From Candidatus Aminicenantales bacterium (GTDB taxonomy: Bacteria > Acidobacteriota > Aminicenantia > Aminicenantales > UBA4085): DNA of 64,000 bases. Each line of letters starts with the position of its first letter. Within the stretch, counting starts at the first letter, position 1. The notes under the pieces were generated by a model that made no database searches, was not told where the DNA came from, and saw only the letters and a program-made list of their open reading frames with translations. Below are positions 40,173 through 48,336 of the stretch, piece after piece. A program made the translations under genes and the position numbers. The DNA is taken from NCBI GenBank assembly GCA_049515535.1, contig JBEKTZ010000002.1, positions 273,467 to 337,466 of the forward strand, read 5' to 3'.

Positions 40173-41999
40173 ATGAGATCTTATTCCGTCCGCGTATCCG
40201 TCTTCGCTTGGATCGCGCTATCGATTCTGACCGGCGCCTTGCACGCCCAATCGTTCCGTTTCGACGGCCGGGATTTCTCGCTCAACGGAAAACCGTTCCA
40301 ATTCATCGCCGGAGAGCTCCACTTCCAGCGCATCCCCAAGGAATACTGGAAAGACCGGCTCGTCAAAGCCCGGGCCATGGGTCTGAATACCATCGCGACG
40401 TATGTCTTCTGGAACGCCCTCGAGCCGGAACCCGGCCAGTGGAATTTCACCGGAAACAACGACCTGGCCGCTTTCATCCGAACGGCCCAGGAAGTCGGCC
40501 TCTACGTGATCGTGCGACCCGGGCCCTATGCCTGCGCGGAATGGGATTTCGGCGGCCTGCCCGTCTGGCTCCTGCGCACGCCCGATATCAAGATCCGTTG
40601 CATGGACAGCCGTTATATGGCCGCTTGCGACGCTTACGTCAAAAAGCTCGCCGAATGCCTCCGACCTCTTCTCGTCGCCAACGGCGGCCCTATCCTCATG
40701 ATCCAGATCGAGAATGAGTATGGGAGCTATGGAAACGACCGGTCCTACATCCTGGCCCTCAAGAAAATGTGGGAGACCTCCGGCGTTTCCGGACCCTTCT
40801 GCACGGCCGACGGCGCCACGCTTCCCATGCTCGAAGCCGGATCCATCCCGGGGGCGGCCATCGGCCTTGATCCGGGGACGGCGGATACGCATTACGCCGA
40901 GGCCGCCAAGCTCAACCGCAACGTGCCCGTCTTCTGCGCCGAGCTCTATCCCGGCTGGCTGACGCATTGGGGCGAAAAATGGGCCTCCGTGAGGACGGAG
41001 GATCTGCTCCCCGAAGTCCAATGGCTTCTCGACCACAAGAAATCCTTCAGCTTTTACATGTTTCACGGCGGGACGAATTTCGGGTTCACGGCGGGCGCCA
41101 ATTTCGGCGACCGCTACCAACCCGACGTGACAAGCTACGACTATGACGCGCCCCTCGATGAACGGGGACAACCGACGCCGAAATATGCGGCTTTGCGGGA
41201 ACTTCTCGGAAAATATCAGCCCGCGGGAGCGACGCTCCCGGACGTCCCCGATCCCCTTCCCATGATCGAGATCCCCGATATTTTTCTCGCCCAGAGCACG
41301 TCCGTGTTCGACAACCTGCCCCAGCCCTTCTCGAGCCCGCAGCCCAAGCCCATGGAATATTTCAATCAGAACAGCGGCCTCATCCTCTACCGGACCAAAC
41401 TTGTCGGACATCACGGCGGCAAGCTGACCCTGACCGAGCTCCACGACTACGCCAATATCTATGTCGACGGGAAATACATCGGGACGCTCGACCGGGCCAA
41501 GAATGAGACGACAATCGATATCCCCAGGTCCGATCCGCCCGCCCAGAGGCTGGACATCCTCGTGGAAGGCATGGGCCGGATCAATTACGGCCAGCACATG
41601 ATCGATCGCAAGGGCATCACCGACCGGGTGACGCTCAACGGAATGACCTTGATGGATTGGGACGTCTTCAAGCTTCCGATGGAAAGCCGGAACCTGGCTT
41701 CTCTCAAGTTCACCTCGAAGAATCCGTCCGAAACCCCCGGCCAGTTCTTCCGCGGCACATTCGATCTGTCGGACCTCGGCGATACGTATCTGGACATGAG
41801 CCAATGGAAAAAGGGAATCGTCTGGGTCAACGGCCGTAATCTGGGAAGGTACTGGGAGATCGGCCCCCAAATAAGGCTGTTTCTGCCCGCGCCGTTTCTA
41901 AAAAAAGGAAAGAACGAGATCGTCATCTTCGATCTGCATCAAACCGTTCCGGCTCCGGTCAAAGGCGTGACGACGCTCAAAGACGAAACCGCCCAATAA
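40173..41999 (+). CDS. GH35 beta-galactosidase
   Basis: GELHFQR, GLN.I.TYVFWN, RPGPY.CAEW..GG.P, QIENEYG, ELYPGW, YMFHGGTNFG, TSYDYDAP. Confidence 0.93.
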   Translation: MRSYSVRVSVFAWIALSILTGALHAQSFRFDGRDFSLNGKPFQFIAGELHFQRIPKEYWKDRLVKARAMGLNTIATYVFWNALEPEPGQWNFTGNNDLAAFIRTAQEVGLYVIVRPGPYACAEWDFGGLPVWLLRTPDIKIRCMDSRYMAACDAYVKKLAECLRPLLVANGGPILMIQIENEYGSYGNDRSYILALKKMWETSGVSGPFCTADGATLPMLEAGSIPGAAIGLDPGTADTHYAEAAKLNRNVPVFCAELYPGWLTHWGEKWASVRTEDLLPEVQWLLDHKKSFSFYMFHGGTNFGFTAGANFGDRYQPDVTSYDYDAPLDERGQPTPKYAALRELLGKYQPAGATLPDVPDPLPMIEIPDIFLAQSTSVFDNLPQPFSSPQPKPMEYFNQNSGLILYRTKLVGHHGGKLTLTELHDYANIYVDGKYIGTLDRAKNETTIDIPRSDPPAQRLDILVEGMGRINYGQHMIDRKGITDRVTLNGMTLMDWDVFKLPMESRNLASLKFTSKNPSETPGQFFRGTFDLSDLGDTYLDMSQWKKGIVWVNGRNLGRYWEIGPQIRLFLPAPFLKKGKNEIVIFDLHQTVPAPVKGVTTLKDETAQ

Positions 42000-42077
42000 A
42001 ATGATTCTGCCGAACGGAAGGGCCATGCCGGACGCTTGATCATGGATATTGTCAATATTAAGTCAGGAGGTTTACCG

Positions 42078-43241
42078 ATGAAGAAAAATCTGATGAGGAT
42101 TTCCGTGATCCTCATGGCCGCCCTGGTTCTCTCCGCGGCTGAGGACAAAAAGGCATCCAACGGCCTCTTTCTCGATCTTGGAAGCCTCAGCCGTCTCTCC
42201 CATGCCCAGACCCGCTCGGTCAGCCCCGAGAATTTCACGGGAGAAAAAGGGAAGGCCGGCATGTCCGCGAACGGCCCGGCGCTCAAGGCCGCGCGCGACC
42301 TGGGACAGGGCTGGAAGGTCTCGCCCTTTGTCGTCATTAAGCCTAAGGAGACATTTGTCCTTGCCGACGTCCCGGGCATGGGCGCCATTCAGCAGATCTG
42401 GATGACACCGAGCGGCACCTGGCGCTCCGCCATCCTTCGGTTCTATTGGGACGGAGAAAAAGAGCCCTCGGTCGAGGCCCCGATTGGAGACTTCTTCGCT
42501 TGCGGCTGGCAGAGGTACGCCCAGATCAGCTCGCTTCCGGTGTGTGTCAACCCCGGCAGCGCGCTGAATTGCTACTGGCCGATGCCGTTCCGCAAATCCT
42601 TCAAGATCACCGTCGAAAATCTCGACGAGGAAAAGAATTTCACTCTTTACTATCAGATCAATTACACGCTGACCGAAGTTCCCGAAGACGCCGCCTATTT
42701 CCATGCCCAGTTCCGCCGGGTCAATCCCTTGCCGTATAAGGACGTCTACACCATCCTCGACGGCGTCCAGGGCTGGGGCCACTACGTCGGCACCTACCTG
42801 GCCTGGGGCGTCAACAACAACGGCTGGTGGGGAGAAGGCGAAATCAAGTTTTATCTCGACGGCGACACGGATTTCCCGACCATTTGCGGAACCGGGACGG
42901 AGGATTACTTCTGCGGTTCCTACGATTTCGACTCCAAAGGTCCTGACGGCGTCGTCCGCTATACGGAGTTCAGTACACCTTACAGCGGTCTGGCCCAGGT
43001 CATCCGGGGAGACGGACATTATGACGTCCAGCAGCGTTTCGGCCTCTACCGCTGGCATATCATGGATCCGGTCCGCTTCGAGAAGAACCTGAAGGTGACG
43101 ATCCAGGCCCTCGGCTGGCGCTCGGGCGGCCGCTATCTCCCGCTCCAGGATGATATCGCCTCCACGGCCTTCTGGTACCAGGTCGAGCCCCATGCCCCGT
43201 TCCCGAAGCTGCCGGGAAAGGACGCACTGGAAATCATTTGA
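42078..43241 (+). CDS. DUF2961 / GH172-family glycoside hydrolase
   Basis: SPENFTGEKG, G.IQQIW.T, N.YWPMPF, WWGEGE.KFY.DGD, GTGTEDYF. Confidence 0.88.
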   Translation: MKKNLMRISVILMAALVLSAAEDKKASNGLFLDLGSLSRLSHAQTRSVSPENFTGEKGKAGMSANGPALKAARDLGQGWKVSPFVVIKPKETFVLADVPGMGAIQQIWMTPSGTWRSAILRFYWDGEKEPSVEAPIGDFFACGWQRYAQISSLPVCVNPGSALNCYWPMPFRKSFKITVENLDEEKNFTLYYQINYTLTEVPEDAAYFHAQFRRVNPLPYKDVYTILDGVQGWGHYVGTYLAWGVNNNGWWGEGEIKFYLDGDTDFPTICGTGTEDYFCGSYDFDSKGPDGVVRYTEFSTPYSGLAQVIRGDGHYDVQQRFGLYRWHIMDPVRFEKNLKVTIQALGWRSGGRYLPLQDDIASTAFWYQVEPHAPFPKLPGKDALEII

Positions 43242-43297
43242 CGGTTTGCCTATAATCCGCCGCGATAAAGATTTTAAGGATAAAGGAGAATATGGAA

Positions 43298-43546
43298 ATG
43301 AAAAGAATCATCGTCACCGGACTCGCCGTCCTTCTGTTCCTCGTATTTATCTATGCCGCGCCCAAGACATATCAAGTCACGGGACCCGTGCTGAATATCC
43401 AGGACGATATCATCACCGTCCAGAAAAGCGAAGAGAAATGGGAGATTCTCAAGACGGCCGACACGCAGGTCGCCGGCCGGCTTGACGTCGGAGCGAAAGT
43501 CAAAATCGAGTACAGGATGGTGGCAACGAAAATCACCGTCCAATAA
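43298..43546 (+). CDS. Small exported OB-fold-like protein
   Basis: Signal peptide; KTYQVTG.V...G.KV.IEY. The start could be 43292. Confidence 0.6.
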   Translation: MKRIIVTGLAVLLFLVFIYAAPKTYQVTGPVLNIQDDIITVQKSEEKWEILKTADTQVAGRLDVGAKVKIEYRMVATKITVQ

Positions 43547-43555
43547 GGACGAGAA

Positions 43556-44149
43556 TCAAGAAGCGGGTTCTTTCCCCACGTTGCTATCAGCCGGTAGGGA
43601 CGGATCGGGAGATCCCAAAAGCTCTCTGATCTTTCCCAGTGCGGCCATTTCCCGGGACGCGTCAATATCCGAATTTTCCTGGAGGATATCGCTTTCCGGA
43701 ATTCTCGTTTCAAGGCCGTACAGCTTTTCCAGGTGGCCGATCAATGACTTCACCTGGTCATTCGCCTCGAATCGGAGTTCCTGGAATTTTCGATCCAAGG
43801 CTTTGACCGCCGACCATTCCGTGTTCAGTGATTCCGTCAGTTTCCAAATGCTATTCTTGTATTGCGCAGCCTGGTCGGCATGGCCGTGGATCTGATTTTT
43901 AAGTTCCGCGCCGCCCTCTTCAAGTTCGGAGATGATGTTGAATTGCCGTTTCAGCTCGTTCTTTTCTTGATCGATCTCCTCTTTGATCTGTTGGATCTTC
44001 AGGTCGGCTTCCTCCCTAAGACTTCGGATCTTTTCATCGAGTTGTTTTCCCAGATCCTCCTTGCGGCCGGCCAGGGCTTTTTCAAAACGCCCGTCGAGCT
44101 CATCGGCGAATGAGGACAGTTTCTTTTTCGTTTCGTCTTTAATTATCAT
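43556..44149 (-). CDS. Hypothetical coiled-coil protein (paralog A)
   Basis: GAGGGAG RBS before MIIKDE; charged heptad pattern; collinear similarity to 44452-45090. Confidence 0.8.
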   Translation of the reverse strand: MIIKDETKKKLSSFADELDGRFEKALAGRKEDLGKQLDEKIRSLREEADLKIQQIKEEIDQEKNELKRQFNIISELEEGGAELKNQIHGHADQAAQYKNSIWKLTESLNTEWSAVKALDRKFQELRFEANDQVKSLIGHLEKLYGLETRIPESDILQENSDIDASREMAALGKIRELLGSPDPSLPADSNVGKEPAS

Positions 44150-44381
44150 TTTCTCCCTCAAACCATGGTTTGTTTTCATATGGTAATCAAATGAATGTAA
44201 AAAGTCCAGACATCGCAAAAATATTTTTATTCTTTCGCTCGCGAAATATCATCATAGAGAAAAAACGAAAATCGTCAGCCGAGAAATGCACCGGCCATCA
44301 TGATATTTGACATTTTTGGGCATGATATTTCGAGATTAATCGACAATTTTTGTCAATCTGTAAAACGACGCAGAAAATCGC

Positions 44382-44413
44382 TTGACAATGAAAATATATG
44401 ATTATAATTATCA
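44382..44413 (+). promoter_or_regulatory. Putative promoter with an overlapping Fur-family 7-1-7 box
   Basis: TTGACA (44382) and TATAAT (44403) with a short 15-nt spacer; TGATTAT-A-ATTATCA at 44399-44413. Confidence 0.5.
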
Positions 44414-44451
44414 TACGTACTTAAATCTCAACGGGCGCTAAGGAAATCAAA

Positions 44452-45090
44452 GTGTTTACAAAAAAGGACGAATCAAAAAGACGATTCCAATTGGTCTCGA
44501 ACGAAATCGAAGATCAGTTGGACAAGCTCCTCGTGGACCGGAAGCTCGAAATTGTAAAGGTCCTGGAAGGGAGAGTCAAGTTCCTCAAAGAAGAAGCCGA
44601 GAAGAAGATCGAACAGACAAGAGACGATATCTATCAAGAAAAAAAGGAGCTTAAACATTATTTCGGGCTCATCGCCGAACAAGAGAATTTGGGAGACGAG
44701 ATCCGCGGCAAAATCGCCGCCCATGCCGGTCAAGTGACCCAATATAAAAAGGAAATCCTGAAATTGGCGGATGCGGTGCAGCACGAAATGCTCGCGACAG
44801 ACGAACTGGGTCAACAGCTCGATCATCTCCAAAAGGACGCTCTTGAAAAAGCGACTTCGCTGAAGAATCAGCTGCAGGTCAAATACGGCATCGAAACGAA
44901 ACTCCCGGATAGCGATATCCTTAAGGAAAAGGCCAATTCGGACGTGGCTGGTGAGCTGGAAAAAATCGGAAAAATCAAAAGGCTCATCGAGCCGGCTGAA
45001 TTCCCGTCGCTTGCGGAAAAGGCCGCGGAAAAGGAATCTTCTTATCGACCGATCGAAAAGAAAAATCTCGAAACCGCTTTCCCGAGCTGA
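44452..45090 (+). CDS. Hypothetical coiled-coil protein (paralog B)
   Basis: GTG start after AAGGA; similar to paralog A (YGIETKLPDSDILKE versus YGLETRIPESDILQE). Confidence 0.8.
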   Translation: MFTKKDESKRRFQLVSNEIEDQLDKLLVDRKLEIVKVLEGRVKFLKEEAEKKIEQTRDDIYQEKKELKHYFGLIAEQENLGDEIRGKIAAHAGQVTQYKKEILKLADAVQHEMLATDELGQQLDHLQKDALEKATSLKNQLQVKYGIETKLPDSDILKEKANSDVAGELEKIGKIKRLIEPAEFPSLAEKAAEKESSYRPIEKKNLETAFPS

Positions 45091-45112
45091 ATCGCCGGCT
45101 CGAGCGGCTATC

Positions 45113-45496
45113 ATGGCCATCCTTTGCCCGAATTGTCATAAACAGTTTGACGTAACCCTTTTTCAGTTCGGGCGCGAAGTGGAATGCGATTGCGGCACGG
45201 CGTTCAATCCTTTTGCCGCGGTGCCCTTCGAGATTCCCATCGACGGAGTCCTGGACCTGCATACGTTCCGGCCTTCCGAGGTCAAAGACCTGGTTCCGGA
45301 ATATCTTCACGCCTGCCTCGAGAAAAAGATTCTCCGAATCAGGATCATCCATGGCAAAGGAACAGGGACGCTGCTGAAGACTATTCACGCGATCCTCAAG
45401 AACATGTCCGACGTCGAAGCTTTCGATTTAGCCGGAGAGAATGAAGGCGGCTGGGGCGCGACCATCGTCCGGCTCAAAGAACCGCCGGAACATTAG
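45113..45496 (+). CDS. Smr-domain protein with N-terminal zinc ribbon
   Basis: CPNC...CDCG; LDLHTF, IIHGKGTG.L, GGWGAT.V.L. Confidence 0.88.
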   Translation: MAILCPNCHKQFDVTLFQFGREVECDCGTAFNPFAAVPFEIPIDGVLDLHTFRPSEVKDLVPEYLHACLEKKILRIRIIHGKGTGTLLKTIHAILKNMSDVEAFDLAGENEGGWGATIVRLKEPPEH

Positions 45497-45558
45497 GCGC
45501 CGGTCTTCCCATCATGGCCGCGCCGTCAAGAGGCGAAAAGGCTATCGGGAAGTTCGGG

Positions 45559-45623
45559 GTCAAGGGACGAGCCTTCGCGGCAGAAGAGTGGACCCCCGGG
45601 CAAAGCCCGGGCCCCGGCCGCCG
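45559..45623. repeat. Dispersed structured intergenic element, copy 2
   Basis: Matches both ends of 16679-16781 but lacks the internal hairpin. Confidence 0.8.
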
Positions 45624-45630
45624 GGGAGAT

Positions 45631-45708
45631 TGGCGCGCCTGGCCGGACTCGAACCAGCGACCAACAGTTTAGGAAACTGCTGCTCTATCCATACTGAGCT
45701 ACAGGCGC
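45631..45708 (-). tRNA. tRNA-Arg(CCT)
   Basis: GCGCCTG acceptor stem, anticodon loop TTCCTAA, GGTTCGAGTCC, CCA encoded. Confidence 0.95.
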
Positions 45709-45785
45709 GCTGGTCGCCCTGCAAATATAGCTTAACTTTCCTCTTTTTTCAAACCGGAGGGCCATATCCATCCGGAGCCGGTCAA

Positions 45786-45960
45786 CTTGGAGGGGGAATC
45801 CGCTTCGCGTTTCCCCCTTCCAACGGGCACCGGGAAGACCCGGTCGCCCTGCCTCCCCTTCTCGCCCTATGCTCCGCATAGGACTGCGACCAAGGGGGCG
45901 ACTCCCCCTTGGATCCCCCTACGAGCGGTTTCCCGCGGCTTGCCGCGAAAAACCACTCGT
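45786..45960. repeat. Five consecutive GC-rich hairpins; the first part is related to the 134-bp repeat
   Basis: Reverse complement AAGGGGAGGCAGGG[hairpin]CCCGTTGGAAGGGGGAAAC...TTCCCCCTCCAAG parallels AAGGGTGGCAGGG[hairpin]CCCGTTGGAGGGAAAC...TTTTCCTCCAAG. Confidence 0.75.
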
Positions 45961-47462
45961 CATCTTGTGAGGCTATGCACGAACTTTCTGAGATATTCCA
46001 GGATAGTCTTTTTGTTCGTGCCGTCCTGAATATCCTTATCGGATAGTTCCTTGATTTTTTTGAGGAATTCCCTGTTCTGCTCGTTGCGGGCGCTGACGAT
46101 CTCGGCGATCGTCTCGGCCAGGGCGGGATTGCGATTGAGAAGGACGGCGAAATCATCCGCCTGGATCTCTAGAAGCTCGGATTCCTCGGCGACGATCCCC
46201 GTCGCTGTCCGCGGCATTCCCGTGAAAAGCGACATCTCGCCGATGATTCCTCCGGGTTCGAGCGTGAACTCGGACAGAAATTTTTTTCCGCTTTCTTCAT
46301 ACGCGATCTGCCCGCGGATCTTCCCTTTGGCCACGACGAAACAACTTCTCCCCTTCTCGCCCTGCCGGAAAAGGATCTCGCCCTTGGCGTAAGAAGAACG
46401 GCGGACCTGGTTCGCCATGGTTTTAATATCCTCGTCCGAAATGATCATCCGGCCGGAGGAATCGCCTTGGGGATGGCGGAGAAAAGACGAACGCCGTAAA
46501 TCTTGAAAATTCCCTTCGCTGTCCGCCGCTGGGGCGCTCCCGCCTTCGCGGGACGAGGAGCTTTTCATCGCCTGAACGATGTCCCCGACCTTTTCGCCCA
46601 GGGGCACTGCGATATCGATCTTCGCCCGGCGCAGCTTATACCAGGCCAACCGCCCGACATCTCCCATGATCGGGTTTTTCCGGGCGAAATCGGTGATCCA
46701 GAATTTGCAAAGATAGGAAACGCCGAACTCGTCATAGCTCGTGATGTACGCCTCGGGCGCGGGAGCGTCGAGGACGTCGGAAGCATCGTTCGCCGCCTCG
46801 AGCAGCGCCTTGAGGACATCGGCGGCGGGAGCGTCATAGCTGATTTTGAAGGTCATCGTCAACGCCGCGATCGGATCGGGCCTGGAAAAATTCGTGATCC
46901 GCTCCGTGGCCACGGTGTTATTGGGCAGGATGATGATGTTGGAATAACGGTCGAGGATCCGCGTCTCCCGCCAGTTCGTATCCATGACGATGCCTTCGTA
47001 CGGCCCGATCTCCACCCAGTCTCCGCGGCTGAACGCTTTCGTGAAATGGAGCGATATTCCGGAGAAGACGTTGCTCAGGACGCCTTGAAAGGCGAGGCCG
47101 ATGACGGCCGTGAGAATCGCCGATCCGGTCAAATAGGGTTTGATATCCACTTGGAGCTTGTGGAGGATGATGAGAACGAGGATGACGTACAGAACGGCCA
47201 GGATCAGGCCGCGGAGAACATCGGGCAGCGGGTAAGGCTTGCGGCGCCGCATGTACCAAACGAGCAAGGCCGCGTCCAAGAGGCGGATGACAAGAAACAC
47301 CCCGAAAAATACGAGTCCGGCGGCCAAGATGGAGCGGATCGCCTCGCCGAGAGTCACGGTTTCTTGAACGATGAGGATGACCAAGATGACAGCGGCGGGA
47401 AAGCCGAGTCGGGAGAGGAAAATCTTCAAGCTTTTTCCTTTGGAGATCGAAGTGTGCGTCAT
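45960..47462 (-). CDS. MscS-family channel with C-terminal cyclic-nucleotide-binding domain (bCNG-like)
   Basis: GLAFQ..L.N..SG, F..GDW.EI, G.V...NWR.T, PN; cNMP cassette FRQGE.G...GEMSLFTG.PRTAT. Confidence 0.92.
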   Translation of the reverse strand: MTHTSISKGKSLKIFLSRLGFPAAVILVILIVQETVTLGEAIRSILAAGLVFFGVFLVIRLLDAALLVWYMRRRKPYPLPDVLRGLILAVLYVILVLIILHKLQVDIKPYLTGSAILTAVIGLAFQGVLSNVFSGISLHFTKAFSRGDWVEIGPYEGIVMDTNWRETRILDRYSNIIILPNNTVATERITNFSRPDPIAALTMTFKISYDAPAADVLKALLEAANDASDVLDAPAPEAYITSYDEFGVSYLCKFWITDFARKNPIMGDVGRLAWYKLRRAKIDIAVPLGEKVGDIVQAMKSSSSREGGSAPAADSEGNFQDLRRSSFLRHPQGDSSGRMIISDEDIKTMANQVRRSSYAKGEILFRQGEKGRSCFVVAKGKIRGQIAYEESGKKFLSEFTLEPGGIIGEMSLFTGMPRTATGIVAEESELLEIQADDFAVLLNRNPALAETIAEIVSARNEQNREFLKKIKELSDKDIQDGTNKKTILEYLRKFVHSLTR

Positions 47463-47503
47463 GGCCTCCTCGCCTTCACAAATCATTCGAAAAGAACGCC
47501 TCG

Positions 47504-48322
47504 TCAGAAGCGGTGAACCCCGCCCTCACGGGCGCATTCCGCATTCGGAAACATCTTCCGCGCCAGGCGTTCGATCGCGCGGAGGTCCCGATCGGAATAA
47601 TCGGGATTCAGATGAGCGAGAACGAGCCGCCGCGCGCCGCAGGCCCGGGCCGTTTTCACCCCATCGAGCCACGTGCTGTGACCCCACCCTTTTTTAGCGG
47701 ACGCGTATTCCTCGGGCTTGAACATCGCGTCATAGATCAGGCTGTCCGCGCCTTTGGCGAATGCGGCCAGCCGCTCGTCCAGCTTTTGTTCCGGAGGTTC
47801 CGTATCCGTGGCGAAAACGACGGCCGCGCCCTTTTCTTCGAGCCGATAAGCGACCGATCCCTGGGGATGATGGAGAGGGCAAGTCGATATCCGCACGTCC
47901 CCGATCGAAATTCCCTCCGCGCCGATCGTGCCGAAAAGCTTTTTCGCCGGAGTCTGCTCAAACGGCGCCGGAAAGAACGGGGGGCCGATCAAAAGCCCGA
48001 GATACCGCTGCGCGGCATCGGGCTCGACGGGAGTATAAACGGCGATTTCGGTCTCGGGCGAAAACAGCGGCTTGAAAAACGGCAAGCCGGAAATATGATC
48101 GAGATGGAAATGGGTGAGCAGAAGCGTCAGGCGGAGAGGCGTCTGTCGCGCTTTTGAAGCCAGTTCATTTCCGAGCGCTTGTATTCCCGTCCCCGCATCG
48201 ATGATGAATATTTCTCCGCTTCCGGACGTGACCGTCGCGCATGGCGTGTTCCGGCCGTATTCGGACGCCTTCTTTCCCAGAGCGGGAAAAGTCCCTCGCA
48301 CTCCCCAGAATCGAAGCTCCAT
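47504..48322 (-). CDS. MBL-fold metallo-hydrolase (RNase Z/phosphodiesterase-like)
   Basis: FWGVRG, IDAGTG, THFHLDH, HP.G, TDTE, GWGHST. Confidence 0.88.
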   Translation of the reverse strand: MELRFWGVRGTFPALGKKASEYGRNTPCATVTSGSGEIFIIDAGTGIQALGNELASKARQTPLRLTLLLTHFHLDHISGLPFFKPLFSPETEIAVYTPVEPDAAQRYLGLLIGPPFFPAPFEQTPAKKLFGTIGAEGISIGDVRISTCPLHHPQGSVAYRLEEKGAAVVFATDTEPPEQKLDERLAAFAKGADSLIYDAMFKPEEYASAKKGWGHSTWLDGVKTARACGARRLVLAHLNPDYSDRDLRAIERLARKMFPNAECAREGGVHRF

Positions 48323-48336
48323 GCCGCTCCTCTCTT

